A stretch of 64,000 nt of DNA from Bacteroidota bacterium (GTDB lineage Bacteria > Bacteroidota > Bacteroidia > Flavobacteriales_D > Sanyastnellaceae): positions 22,834 through 86,833 of the forward strand of contig JAQCFW010000003.1 in the NCBI GenBank assembly GCA_027619225.1, read 5' to 3'. How positions within the stretch are numbered: position 1 is the first letter of the stretch; each line of letters begins with the position of its first letter. This document shows positions 38,728 through 48,283 of this stretch, in pieces. Below the pieces are notes generated by a model that saw only the letters and a program-made list of their open reading frames with translations, made no database searches and had not been told where the DNA came from. A program made the translations under genes and the position numbers.

Positions 38728-40980
38728 CTATAAATCTAAAGCTTCTTCAAAGCCATTGTCATAGTAAGCACGTAGTTCCGAACAGAATCCAACATGTTCT
38801 TCATCTACAACAATTTTACCTTTTGTTACATGTCCTAAAAGAACCGCACCAACTTTATTAGCATCACAAATGTCAAAAAAATCGTCTTGATCTTCCTCAG
38901 TTAAAGTGACGATAATTCGACCTTGTGCTTCACCGAAAAGGAATCCGTCTATGCGTAGCTCATCATCAGACACGATATCAAACCCAAACAGATTGGGCAT
39001 TGACATTTCTAAGAGAGTCGTGAAAAGACCTCCATCACTAATGTCGTGAGCTGCAGTAACAAGGTTTTTTGCAATGAGTTCTCGTATACATACGTGAAGA
39101 GCTTCTTCTTGTGTTAAGTTAAATTTAGGAGCAGGAGATTGCTTTACCCCTACAATATTTGCAAGATATTCAGATGAATTAATACAATCCGACATTTCCC
39201 CCAAATGAAAAATAAGTTCCCCCTTCTCTTTAAAATCTAAGGACATATGCTTATCTCTGTCTTGAAGAATCCCAACCATTCCTATTGTAGGAGTCGGGAA
39301 AACTGATGTTGAGGTACCATCCTCGTTTGCTGTTTGGTTATAAAAACTGACATTACCACCTGTTACCGGGGTTTTAAATTTCTCACAAGCACGAGTCATA
39401 CCCTTTATTGCTCCCACAAACTGCCAGTAAACCTCTGTATTATAGGGGTTGCCGAAATTTAAGCAGTTGGTAATCGCTGAAGGAGTTGCTCCGGTACAAC
39501 TAATATTTCGGGCAGCTTCCGCAACTGCGATAGCAGTGCCTACTTCCGGATCAGCCTGAACATAACGTGAGTTACAATCAACCGTTAAAGCAAGACCCTT
39601 TTTCGAGCCGCGTACAGAAACTACACCCGCGTCAGAAGGTCTATTTGTAGTCCTGTTTAAAGTTCCTACCATACTGTCGTACTGCTCCCAAACCCATTTC
39701 TTAGAAGCTATATTAGGGAGACATATAATGTCAGTCGCAATTTCAAGTGCTTTTTTAAGTGAAGGGACTGCAACTGAGTCAGGGTTGAAAGCTTGAGATT
39801 CCGCAAACCAAGATGGCTCAGAATACTCTCGCTCATAAACTGGAGCTCCTCCACCTAAAACAAGTGTAGAAGCAGGAACTTGAGCAACTATCTCGTTAGC
39901 TACAAAGAAATTGATCGTGTCACCTTCTGTCACTTCTCCAATTGGAACGGCATGTAGATCCCACTTCTTGAATATATCCTCGACTAATTTTTCTTTCCCT
40001 GGAGCTACGACAACAAGCATGCGTTCCTGAGATTCTGAGAGTAGAATTTCAAATGGTTCCATATCTGCTTGACGAAGAGGAACTCTGTCTAAGTAGATAT
40101 CCATCCCCACGTTTCCTGCTGCGCTCATCTCAGAAGTAGAACAAGTAATACCCGCAGCACCCATATCTTGCATTCCTATTATTGCATCAGTTTTTGCAAG
40201 TTCAAGGGACGCTTCCATAAGAAGTTTCTCTTGGAACGGATCTCCAACCTGGACAGATGGCAAATCATCGGCAGACTCAGCCGTGATATCTTTTGAAGCA
40301 AACGAAGCGCCTTGAATCCCATCTTTACCAGTATCAGATCCCACAATGTAAACAGCATTACCGGGACCTTTTGCTGTAGCAGAAATGATTTCATTTACAT
40401 CTAAAAGCCCCACCGACATAGCATTGACAAGGGGATTAACTTGATAACAAGGGTCAAAGAAGACCTCTCCTCCAACTACTGGTATTCCAAAACTATTTCC
40501 GTAATCTCCGATACCTTTAACAACGCCCTCCAGAAGCCACTTAGTACGTGGATGCTCTGGATCACCGAAACGAAGACTGTTTAACTGAGCAATAGGCCTA
40601 GCACCCATTGTGAAAATATCACGATTAATCCCACCAACACCAGTTGCAGCTCCTTGATATGGCTCAATTGCAGAGGGATGGTTGTGACTTTCTATCTTGA
40701 AAGCACAACCAATTCCATCACCCAAGTCAATGATCCCGGCATTTTCCTCCCCAGCCTTAACGAGCATTTGATCTCCGTCTTTAGGAAGTGTCTTAAGCCA
40801 TTTAATAGAGTTTTTATATGAGCAATGCTCACTCCACATAACAGAATAGATACACATTTCTGTGAAATTAGGAACTCTGCCGAGGATTTTCTCGATGGAT
40901 TTAAACTCGTCAGGGGTTAGGCCCATATCCTGAGCTTGTATCAAGGTAGATGGGGCAGTTGAGGCGGTCATAGTTGGCAT
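38728..40980 (-). CDS. purL: Phosphoribosylformylglycinamidine synthase subunit PurL (FGAM synthase II)
   Basis: Motifs are [30 protein letters not shown] and the duplicated PurM-like halves. The ORF track starts at 41061, but that leaves only 20 nt to divergent dtd. I prefer the ATG at 40980 (MPTMTAS) or the one at 40971. Confidence 0.93.
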   Translation of the reverse strand: MPTMTASTAPSTLIQAQDMGLTPDEFKSIEKILGRVPNFTEMCIYSVMWSEHCSYKNSIKWLKTLPKDGDQMLVKAGEENAGIIDLGDGIGCAFKIESHNHPSAIEPYQGAATGVGGINRDIFTMGARPIAQLNSLRFGDPEHPRTKWLLEGVVKGIGDYGNSFGIPVVGGEVFFDPCYQVNPLVNAMSVGLLDVNEIISATAKGPGNAVYIVGSDTGKDGIQGASFASKDITAESADDLPSVQVGDPFQEKLLMEASLELAKTDAIIGMQDMGAAGITCSTSEMSAAGNVGMDIYLDRVPLRQADMEPFEILLSESQERMLVVVAPGKEKLVEDIFKKWDLHAVPIGEVTEGDTINFFVANEIVAQVPASTLVLGGGAPVYEREYSEPSWFAESQAFNPDSVAVPSLKKALEIATDIICLPNIASKKWVWEQYDSMVGTLNRTTNRPSDAGVVSVRGSKKGLALTVDCNSRYVQADPEVGTAIAVAEAARNISCTGATPSAITNCLNFGNPYNTEVYWQFVGAIKGMTRACEKFKTPVTGGNVSFYNQTANEDGTSTSVFPTPTIGMVGILQDRDKHMSLDFKEKGELIFHLGEMSDCINSSEYLANIVGVKQSPAPKFNLTQEEALHVCIRELIAKNLVTAAHDISDGGLFTTLLEMSMPNLFGFDIVSDDELRIDGFLFGEAQGRIIVTLTEEDQDDFFDICDANKVGAVLLGHVTKGKIVVDEEHVGFCSELRAYYDNGFEEALDL

Positions 40981-41081
40981 AGAATGCGGTGTAAAATGCG
41001 TTTCAATTGAAGGTGTAAAGGTAGCAACGCAACGGTAATTTAAACACTTGAAATTAGACAATCATAGGGTAACTTTCGCAC

Positions 41082-41534
41082 ATGAGAGCAGTCATTCAAA
41101 GGGTAAGTAAGTCTAGCGTGAAAGTTAATGGGAACACCTTAGGCCAAACCTCGCTAGGACTAGTGATTTTACTAGGCATAGAAGAGATTGACGATAGAAC
41201 AGATGTTGCTTGGCTCGCAAAAAAAGTAATAGGTTTACGAATCTTTTCTGACGAACATGGAAAGATGAATCTTAATATCGAAGCCGCCGGAGGTGAATTG
41301 TTAGTAATATCTCAATTTACTTTGCATGCATCCACTAAAAAAGGCACACGCCCTTCTTTCATCAAAGCGGCTCGCCCTGAGCAAGCTATACCACTTTACC
41401 AGGCGTTTATTGAGGAGTGTGAAAAGTTGATGGGGAAAAGTGTTGCAAGGGGGGAATTCGGTGCAGATATGCAGGTAGAACTAATCAATGACGGCCCTGT
41501 TACAATAACGATAGATACTCAAAACAAAGAATAA
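41082..41534 (+). CDS. dtd: D-aminoacyl-tRNA deacylase
   Basis: 150 aa, MRAVIQRV..., with SQFTLHA and the C-terminal NDGPVTI. Confidence 0.93.
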   Translation: MRAVIQRVSKSSVKVNGNTLGQTSLGLVILLGIEEIDDRTDVAWLAKKVIGLRIFSDEHGKMNLNIEAAGGELLVISQFTLHASTKKGTRPSFIKAARPEQAIPLYQAFIEECEKLMGKSVARGEFGADMQVELINDGPVTITIDTQNKE

Positions 41535-41535
41535 A

Positions 41536-42333
41536 CTATCGTGGTATAGTACAAAAAGGGATGGGAAGCATTTTATGCTGATTTGCTTTATTTAATCTCG
41601 TGTATATTTCATACACATCAAGAGCTCGACCGGAGAGAGTTGACGGGTTGCCTTGATCTTCAGAGAATTTCATTGCAATTTCGAGTTCGGGATAGGAAGC
41701 TCCTATTTGGTCTTCATCAGTGCGATCATCACCCCAAAGCCCATCTGTAGGGGCAGCTTCTAAAATACTCCTTGGCACACCTATCGCCTCACCCACTTTG
41801 TAAACTTCGCTTTTCACAAGATCGGCAATGGGGCTAATATCTATACCTCCATCACCATATTTAGTGAAGAATCCCACTCCATAATCTTCGATTTTATTTC
41901 CCGTCCCAACTACAAGAGCCCGCCTCTGTGCAGCGAGAGCATACAGTGTAGTCATCCTCAATCTAGCCCGAGTATTTGCGAAAGTGAGGCCGCCCGAAAT
42001 ATCTTCGATTTGGGGCAAAGCCGATTTCGTCGCCTCATAAACTTCAGTCAGGGGCACAGTAATCATTTCGAAGTTGTTAAAACGACTCTCGAGTAATTTA
42101 CAAAGCTCCCGAGATCGCTCCACCTCTGACGACGCCTGGTAAATTGGCATATCTACCACATACACAGGACGACCAGTCATAAGACAAAGCGTTGCAGTTA
42201 CCGCGGAATCAATGCCGCCACTAACACCCACCACAAATGAATCAATGTTTGCTGTGTCGGCGTAATCGTTCATCCATGAAGAGATGAACCCAGCGATCTT
42301 AGCTCCATTAAATTCTGAGGATAGAGTCGACAT
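41536..42333 (-). CDS. nadE: Ammonia-dependent NAD+ synthetase
   Basis: 265 aa with PP-loop VGVSGGIDSAV, GTGNKIEDYGVGFFTKYGDGG and PTDGLW. Confidence 0.92.
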   Translation of the reverse strand: MSTLSSEFNGAKIAGFISSWMNDYADTANIDSFVVGVSGGIDSAVTATLCLMTGRPVYVVDMPIYQASSEVERSRELCKLLESRFNNFEMITVPLTEVYEATKSALPQIEDISGGLTFANTRARLRMTTLYALAAQRRALVVGTGNKIEDYGVGFFTKYGDGGIDISPIADLVKSEVYKVGEAIGVPRSILEAAPTDGLWGDDRTDEDQIGASYPELEIAMKFSEDQGNPSTLSGRALDVYEIYTRLNKANQHKMLPIPFCTIPR

Positions 42334-42336
42334 TAT

Positions 42337-43131
42337 CTAAAACAAAATACCCACTGACAATTCGAAAAATCTGTCATTACCTTTCATAAATCCCTCCCTA
42401 GGAAAACCATCGACTTCTTCTGGAATACCGCCGTCAAATTTGACGAGAGTCACATCATTATGAATATTGCTGAATGCTGCGTTGTAATTCAGCCCAATGG
42501 TTAGAGATGTTGACCCTGTTAAACTTTTCTCTATTCCACCACCTACAATCATAGCAGCCCTAAAGAAATTCACCTCGTTAGTTATATCCAAACTAGTGTC
42601 AAGAACATGCGTATTTGAGGGTTCTTCAACCCAAACATCTCCATCAAACACCCAACTTAGATGCTCATCCTGTGACGCTAAAGATTTCACATTCATCCCC
42701 AAGCCAAAACCAAATTTGCTGAATATCTTCATGTAGCCTATTTCGTTCGTACGCATTTTAAACGTGAAAGGCAATTCTACATACTGCAGACTATAAGTTC
42801 GGTCTACATCAGAAATACCACCAGGACTCTCGATTTGATACGTAAGATTTGATCCGGTGTTGAAAATGTGCACACCTAAGCCTAAAGCGTAATTTTCAGA
42901 AAACATAAGATCTGCAATAAATTCATATCCGAAATTTAATTTTGCTCCACTGGGAATGTGATCATAGTCTGTAGAAACCATCCAGGCAACATTCGGTGTA
43001 ACAGCCAGTCCCATTCTTATATCTTGGGCTGATGTTATATTAGAAAAAAGCAAGGCTGAACTTGCCATAAAACCGAGTAATATTGCGGTTGATAGAGAAG
43101 GAGTTTGACTGTTGCGCATAAGTGTGCTCAT
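42337..43131 (-). CDS. Outer-membrane beta-barrel protein (OMP_b-brl_2 / PorT-like class)
   Basis: The start is set at the ATG at 43131 (MSTLMRNSQ...LLFSNITSAQD signal peptide). The ORF-track 43329 start would run through the divergent gldB start. It has alternating-hydrophobic strands and the terminal FFELSVGILF beta-signal. Confidence 0.55.
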   Translation of the reverse strand: MSTLMRNSQTPSLSTAILLGFMASSALLFSNITSAQDIRMGLAVTPNVAWMVSTDYDHIPSGAKLNFGYEFIADLMFSENYALGLGVHIFNTGSNLTYQIESPGGISDVDRTYSLQYVELPFTFKMRTNEIGYMKIFSKFGFGLGMNVKSLASQDEHLSWVFDGDVWVEEPSNTHVLDTSLDITNEVNFFRAAMIVGGGIEKSLTGSTSLTIGLNYNAAFSNIHNDVTLVKFDGGIPEEVDGFPREGFMKGNDRFFELSVGILF

Positions 43132-43168
43132 CTTTGCAGTTGTAAAAGTAAAACTAAACGTAAATACC

Positions 43169-44263
43169 ATGAGTTCAAGCGAAATTCGTACCACTTTTTT
43201 GATACGTTCATTGTGGACAAGAAATACAATCACACTTATACTCGGTTTGACACTGATTTCCTTGTTGACATTGTCGTCTTGCACTGAAGATAAATGGGCT
43301 GTAGATGTGAGTGATGTCAAACTACCCACTGATTTTTCTGTTAGAAATTTTCACCGCGAAATTCAATATTTATCTGAAAGTGACTCGAGTTCTCTAATTC
43401 AATTGAGAAGTAATTACAACTTGTTTTTGACAGATTATTGTGAGGATATTTTAAAAATAGGTAGTTCTCAATCACTCGAAACAATTGACAAAATAAGGGG
43501 TTTCGTGGCTCACCCTGACACAAAAGAAACCCATTTAGCAATTGACTCAACTTCTGGTAATGCTGAATTTTTGAGGAAGGTCTCTTTGGATCTTGAAAAC
43601 GGGTTTAAGAGACTTCACGTATTTATGCCCGACGAAATAATCCCTGAAGTGATCTGGATGAATAGCGGATTCAATTTCGCTATCTACCCGCGAGATGAAT
43701 TTGTAGCAGTGGGGTTAGAATGGTTTTTAGGTCCCGAACATCCCATATTAAAGCTTTTGCCTCCAGATAGATTTCCTAAATACCAGCAACTTAGGATGCA
43801 CCCAGATTTAATGGCCGCAGATGCAATGAAAGGATGGATGCTTGTTCACTTTGTCAATAAAGGATACACTGGAGAAAAATGCATAGATGACATTCTTTAT
43901 TGGGGGAAGGTTTTGTGGCTGTTGGGCAAGTGTATGCCTGAACAATACGAGCATGTACTTATGGATTGGACGCCAGAAGATTTAGAATGGGCTAAGGCAA
44001 ATGAAACAGCTATTTGGTTAGAACTTCAACCTGCGAATGTGCTCTTTGAAACAAATCGAACGGTATTCCACCGCTGGTTAACAGATGGACCATTTACCAA
44101 GTTTGGCTCCATCCCTCAAGAAAGCCCTGACAGATTGGGAGTATGGATGGGTCTGAAAATTGTTGAAAATTTTATGGAGCAAAATCCTGAAACTTCAGCA
44201 GAGCAACTGTTCTCAGAGGTAGATTATATTCCATTCCTTAAATCTTACCGACCTGAGCGATAA
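43169..44263 (+). CDS. gldB: Gliding motility lipoprotein GldB
   Basis: Lipobox LLTLSSC. The C-terminal region ESPDRLGVWMGLKIVENFMEQNPETSAEQLF...FLKSYRP parallels F. johnsoniae GldB as I remember it (ESPGRVGTWLGWQMVRAYMENN...KSKYKP). gldC follows. The start is set at the ATG at 43169. Confidence 0.8.
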   Translation: MSSSEIRTTFLIRSLWTRNTITLILGLTLISLLTLSSCTEDKWAVDVSDVKLPTDFSVRNFHREIQYLSESDSSSLIQLRSNYNLFLTDYCEDILKIGSSQSLETIDKIRGFVAHPDTKETHLAIDSTSGNAEFLRKVSLDLENGFKRLHVFMPDEIIPEVIWMNSGFNFAIYPRDEFVAVGLEWFLGPEHPILKLLPPDRFPKYQQLRMHPDLMAADAMKGWMLVHFVNKGYTGEKCIDDILYWGKVLWLLGKCMPEQYEHVLMDWTPEDLEWAKANETAIWLELQPANVLFETNRTVFHRWLTDGPFTKFGSIPQESPDRLGVWMGLKIVENFMEQNPETSAEQLFSEVDYIPFLKSYRPER

Positions 44264-44287
44264 GTAACAGATAAATGCTAATTTTGC

Positions 44288-44632
44288 ATGATGTCAGAAA
44301 ATACAATTACAATCAAGGTTAGTACAGATGAAAATCATGTGCCAACTGATATAGTTTGGTCAGCTGAAGGAGAAGATGTTGAGAATAGGCAAGCGAAAGC
44401 AATGTGGCTTGCGATTTGGGACGAGAAAGATGGAGCCTCTATGAATATGGACCTCTGGACTAAGGATATGAGTGTCGATGAGATGAAACGATTCGTTTGC
44501 GACAGCATGATGACTCTTGCAAATACTTTAGAAACGGCCACTTCAGACAAAGGCCATGCTGAAGCAATGAGAGGATTTACAAGTGAACTTGCTAAAAGAA
44601 TCGGAGTTATAGAGGCGAATGACGAAGCGTAA
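44288..44632 (+). CDS. gldC: Gliding motility protein GldC
   Basis: 114 aa. ITIKVSTDENHVPTDIVWSAEGEDVENRQAKAMWLAIWD...MDLWTKDMSVDEMKRF closely matches the GldC pattern (LDENKVPEKLTWSA...DLWTKDMPVDEMK). Confidence 0.85.
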   Translation: MMSENTITIKVSTDENHVPTDIVWSAEGEDVENRQAKAMWLAIWDEKDGASMNMDLWTKDMSVDEMKRFVCDSMMTLANTLETATSDKGHAEAMRGFTSELAKRIGVIEANDEA

Positions 44633-44649
44633 AAGGGAGTCCGATAAAA

Positions 44650-45276
44650 TCAGAATAAAACGTTTGTTGACTCAATAAAGTTTAACAGCTCTTCTTTTCC
44701 ATCTCCCTTCACGGCGCTTGTAATAAAACTAGGCGGCATCTTTTCCCACTGCTTAAGCATTACAGTCTCATACTTAGATTGAAATTCTCCACGTTCAGTC
44801 TTATTAAGCTTATCTACTTTTGTAAATACAAGAACGAAAGGCAGCCCCACCTCACCCATATAAGCCATAAAATCTAGATCGACTTTTTGGGGGGGTAATC
44901 TAGAGTCAACAAGCATCATGGTGCACATTAAATTCTTTCGGCCCTCTAAAAACTGCTTTGACGTCCTCTCCCATTTCACCCTCTCAGATTTTTTAATTTT
45001 TGCATAGCCAAAACCGGGTAAGTCTGTTAGATACCAAGACGTCTCACCAGCCTTCTCGGCTACATCATCACCGTTAATATCAAAGTGATTTATGAGCTGT
45101 GTTTTGCCAGGTGTACTCGATATTTTAGCCATGCTAAGCCTGCCCACGACCATGTTAATGAGAGAAGATTTACCCACATTAGATCTTCCAATGAATGCGT
45201 ATTCAGGCCTGTCCATGCTGGGACATTCTCTAGGATGAGCGCTACTTTTTACAAAATCAACAGATCTGATTACCAT
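44650..45276 (-). CDS. engB: Ribosome biogenesis GTP-binding protein YihA/YsxC
   Basis: G1 motif GRSNVGKSSLIN, G3 motif DLPGFGYAK and G4 motif TKVDKL. Confidence 0.92.
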   Translation of the reverse strand: MVIRSVDFVKSSAHPRECPSMDRPEYAFIGRSNVGKSSLINMVVGRLSMAKISSTPGKTQLINHFDINGDDVAEKAGETSWYLTDLPGFGYAKIKKSERVKWERTSKQFLEGRKNLMCTMMLVDSRLPPQKVDLDFMAYMGEVGLPFVLVFTKVDKLNKTERGEFQSKYETVMLKQWEKMPPSFITSAVKGDGKEELLNFIESTNVLF

Positions 45277-45279
45277 GTA

Positions 45280-46053
45280 CTACAGTTTGTTACCTATACC
45301 TCTCTGAGTATACCACTCATTGAGAATTACATTAAATTCTTCAGGATGCTCCATCATAGGAGCATGTCCACATTTATCTATCCAAAAAAGATCTGCATCA
45401 GGAAAACCTTTTAAAAAGGCTTCCGCAACTTCCGGTGGAGTCACAATGTCATTTTTACCCCAAATAAGGCAAACCGGTATATCCATTGCCGGCAGATCAC
45501 TCTCCATGTTGTGTCTAATCGCAGATTTTGCAATAGAAAGTATTCTTAAAACTTTATTTCTATCGTTAACTGCTTCAAAACATTCATCAACCAATTCGTC
45601 AGTTGCCCAGCTGGGATCGAAAAATGTAATCGCAACTTTATTCCTAATATACTCTTTGTCTTCCCTTCTGGGGAAACTGTTGCCAAAGGCATTCTCATAA
45701 AGGCCACTGCTCGCGGTCAACGTTAACGAAGCTACCCGATCTAAATGATTTTTTGTAAAAATGAGTCCTACATGACCTCCCAAACTATTTCCCACAAGGT
45801 GGACTTTATCTAATTGAAGAGCATCAACAAACCCTTTAACATGCTCAGCGATATATTTCGCACTTGTTTTTCGAAGTGGTAAGTCATAGATGGGCAAGAC
45901 AGGTGTTAGGACTCTAAATCTCTTACTAAAGTACTTACGTACCTCCTGAAAGTTACTCAGAGCACCGAAAAGGCCATGTAAAATAACCAACGGCTCCCCC
46001 CTTCCCTCTTCTACATATCTGAATTCACCCAGCTCAATGATTGTAGCATCCAT
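45280..46053 (-). CDS. Alpha/beta-fold hydrolase
   Basis: HGLFGALSNF oxyanion region, nucleophile elbow GNSLGGHV and the C-terminal CGHAPMMEHPEEF. Confidence 0.8.
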   Translation of the reverse strand: MDATIIELGEFRYVEEGRGEPLVILHGLFGALSNFQEVRKYFSKRFRVLTPVLPIYDLPLRKTSAKYIAEHVKGFVDALQLDKVHLVGNSLGGHVGLIFTKNHLDRVASLTLTASSGLYENAFGNSFPRREDKEYIRNKVAITFFDPSWATDELVDECFEAVNDRNKVLRILSIAKSAIRHNMESDLPAMDIPVCLIWGKNDIVTPPEVAEAFLKGFPDADLFWIDKCGHAPMMEHPEEFNVILNEWYTQRGIGNKL

Positions 46054-46254
46054 TTTTGTATTTATTTAAAAGGCCAAACTACGCACCTAAAGGCGCTATT
46101 TCACAACTCTTTTTACCTAAACATTAACTTAAGGTTGTACACATTGATTGTTAATATCCTGTTAAAACAGAAAACCAACAAGATTTACTAAATCGCTACA
46201 ACCCAATAAATACAACCTTTTCCAACGTTTTATTGTTTATCACTTTTCAACAAC

Positions 46255-46307
46255 GTGGTAGAAAGTGTCTATTAGTGGTAATAAGTGGTAAATCTACCTT
46301 AGTTTTG
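46255..46307 (+). promoter_or_regulatory. Putative MraZ operator array (four 10-bp-phased GTGGTA-type boxes) abutting a Bacteroidota -7 promoter box for the dcw operon
   Basis: The boxes are GTGGTA at 46255, GTGTCT at 46265, GTGGTA at 46275 and GTGGTA at 46285, exactly 10 bp apart. TAGTTTTG at 46300-46307 matches TAnnTTTG and lies about 25 nt upstream of the mraZ ATG. Confidence 0.55.
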
Positions 46308-46331
46308 GGGATTCCAGTAACAATGGAAGTT

Positions 46332-46817
46332 ATGCTGAACCTATTAGGAGAACATACATGTAGAATTGACGCGAAGGGGCGACTAATGTTCCCTGCCCGG
46401 TTGCGAAGACAATTGGACAAAGTCCTACATCATGGCTTGGTAATCAATCGTGATATTTTTGAGAAATGTCTTGTTTTATATCCCAAACCAGAGTGGGACA
46501 ATGTAAACGGGGAAATGACTCAACTCAGCAGATACAACAGGAAGCACCAACTGTTTCAAAGAAAATTCTTGAAGGGAGCCACCATTGTTGATTTAGATGC
46601 ATCTGGAAGATTAAACATTCCTGGAGTCCTCTTAGATTATGCTGGAATTGATCTGAAGAAGAGCAACGAAATCATTGTTTCTGGCTTGGGCGAGAAGGTT
46701 GAGATTTGGACAGTTGATGCTTATGAAAAACAGGTGCTAGGAGAAGATACCGATTTCGATTTCGGAAACCTGGCTGAAGATGTGAGACGAGATATTGAAA
46801 AAGGCAGCGCCACTTAA
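46332..46817 (+). CDS. mraZ: Transcriptional regulator MraZ
   Basis: MLNLLGEHTCRIDAKGRLMFP and a second DASGRLNIP give the duplicated SpoVT/AbrB-like MraZ halves. The ORF-track start at 46233 is an unlikely extension. The ATG at 46323 is also possible. Confidence 0.92.
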   Translation: MLNLLGEHTCRIDAKGRLMFPARLRRQLDKVLHHGLVINRDIFEKCLVLYPKPEWDNVNGEMTQLSRYNRKHQLFQRKFLKGATIVDLDASGRLNIPGVLLDYAGIDLKKSNEIIVSGLGEKVEIWTVDAYEKQVLGEDTDFDFGNLAEDVRRDIEKGSAT

Positions 46818-46820
46818 AAC

Positions 46821-47750
46821 ATGGAACAAGCCTACCACGTACCCGTCCTTCTAAATTCCTCAATTGAGCATCTCAATCTCGGCGACGGGAGCGGCACGTG
46901 GATGGACGCTACGTTTGGAGGAGGGGGGCATAGCCGAACCATATTACAAAAACTCAATTCAGAAGGCATACTTGTCAGTTTCGATCAAGATCCTGATGCA
47001 GTTAAAAATACAATTAACGATGCTAGGTTTACCCTGGTTGAAGCTAATTTTAGATACGCAAAACAATTTCTTAGCCTGAACGGTGTAAAGAAAACAAAAG
47101 GCATATTAGCTGATTTAGGGGTGTCATCTCACCAGTTCGATACGGCAGATCGAGGTTTTTCCTTAAGAATGGATGGTCCTCTTGATATGAGGATGAACCA
47201 CGAGTCAGGTCTCTCAGCGGCAGATTACTTATCTGACTGTACATGGGAAGAGTTGATGGTCGTTTTAAGAATGTACGGAGAAGTAAAGAGACCGGACAGA
47301 GTTGCAAGAGCAATCGTCTCCGCAAGAGAAGAGAGACCTATTACCACTACAGGAGAACTCGTACACATCTTAAGCAAGATGGCTCCAGGTGGGCGCGAAA
47401 ATAAATTCTACGCCCAGATTTTTCAAGCATTAAGAATAGAAATCAACGACGAGCTTTCTGCTCTACGTGAACTGTTGGAACAGGCAACAGATTTATTAGA
47501 ACAGGGCGGGAGGCTCGTTGTGATTTCATATCACAGTTTAGAAGATAGGCTTGTCAAACATTTTATGAGGTCTGGGAATTTCGAAGATGAAATAGAACAA
47601 GACATAAAAGGAAGGGTGCTCGCACCATTTAAGCCTGTTGTTAGAAAGGCGATTTGTGCTTCTGCTGAGGAGGTTTTATTAAATCCACGTGCAAGAAGCG
47701 CTCGTTTGAGGGTTGCTGAAAGGACTGACTTTTTATTAAAGTCATGCTGA
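46821..47750 (+). CDS. rsmH: 16S rRNA (cytosine1402-N4)-methyltransferase
   Basis: YHVPVLL...DATFGGGGHS...DLGVSSHQFD...ISYHSLEDRLVK. Confidence 0.95.
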   Translation: MEQAYHVPVLLNSSIEHLNLGDGSGTWMDATFGGGGHSRTILQKLNSEGILVSFDQDPDAVKNTINDARFTLVEANFRYAKQFLSLNGVKKTKGILADLGVSSHQFDTADRGFSLRMDGPLDMRMNHESGLSAADYLSDCTWEELMVVLRMYGEVKRPDRVARAIVSAREERPITTTGELVHILSKMAPGGRENKFYAQIFQALRIEINDELSALRELLEQATDLLEQGGRLVVISYHSLEDRLVKHFMRSGNFEDEIEQDIKGRVLAPFKPVVRKAICASAEEVLLNPRARSARLRVAERTDFLLKSC

Positions 47751-48283
47751 GAAGATTTAGAAAGAAATCACCTGCTAAAGGGCCGTCAGATAACGGCAAT
47801 AAACTTTTAACCCCAGAGCAAAAAATATCTCGCAAAGAGGCCGTTGATTTGGCGCGAGTAGTAGCGGGAGAAGCGAAGGAAGAGGCTGCAGAAAAAGCAA
47901 GGCGAGCCAGAGATAAGTCTGGCAGGACATCAACTGATGAAATAAAAAAAACCGCGAAAACAAATGGAACTGGCAAGATTTTTAAAGACATCATTGGCGG
48001 TAAATTTTTAACCAGTGAAGGCATAACCTCTCATATACCGTATCTCTTATTTGTTACCTCATTGTTTTTAGCTTACATAAGCCTAGGCTACAAGTTTGAG
48101 AATATTGAACGGGATAAAATGCGCACTGAGAGGGCGCTCGAGGAGGTTGTTTCAGAGTATAAAACGCTTAGATCTGAGTTAGAATCTAGACTACAACAAA
48201 GCAGGGTTGAATCTGCAACCTCTGTCTTAGGTCTTCAACAACCTATATCACCGCCTACACTTCTTAAGCAAGACGCAAAATGA
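47744..48283 (+). CDS. ftsL: FtsL-like cell-division protein with a long basic N-terminal extension
   Basis: It sits between rsmH and ftsI. IFKDIIGGKFLTSEG, then a single TM helix (IPYLLFVTSLFLAYISLGY), then a coiled coil (RALEEVVSEYKTLRSELE), as in Bacteroidota FtsL-like proteins. About 75 extra N-terminal residues precede this, with no internal ATG before the TM helix. Confidence 0.7.
   Translation: MLRRFRKKSPAKGPSDNGNKLLTPEQKISRKEAVDLARVVAGEAKEEAAEKARRARDKSGRTSTDEIKKTAKTNGTGKIFKDIIGGKFLTSEGITSHIPYLLFVTSLFLAYISLGYKFENIERDKMRTERALEEVVSEYKTLRSELESRLQQSRVESATSVLGLQQPISPPTLLKQDAK

Noticed and set aside
43132-43329. 66-aa extension of the beta-barrel ORF, and the 43112 start of the gldB ORF.
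   Set aside because: The two extensions would overlap each other divergently. The internal ATGs at 43131 and 43169 give a proper signal peptide and a proper lipoprotein signal respectively.
46233-46331. 33-aa extension of mraZ in the ORF track.
   Set aside because: MraZ proteins start M-(I/L)-N-L-(I/L)-G. The extension would also read through the repeat array and the -7 box that I interpret as operator and promoter.
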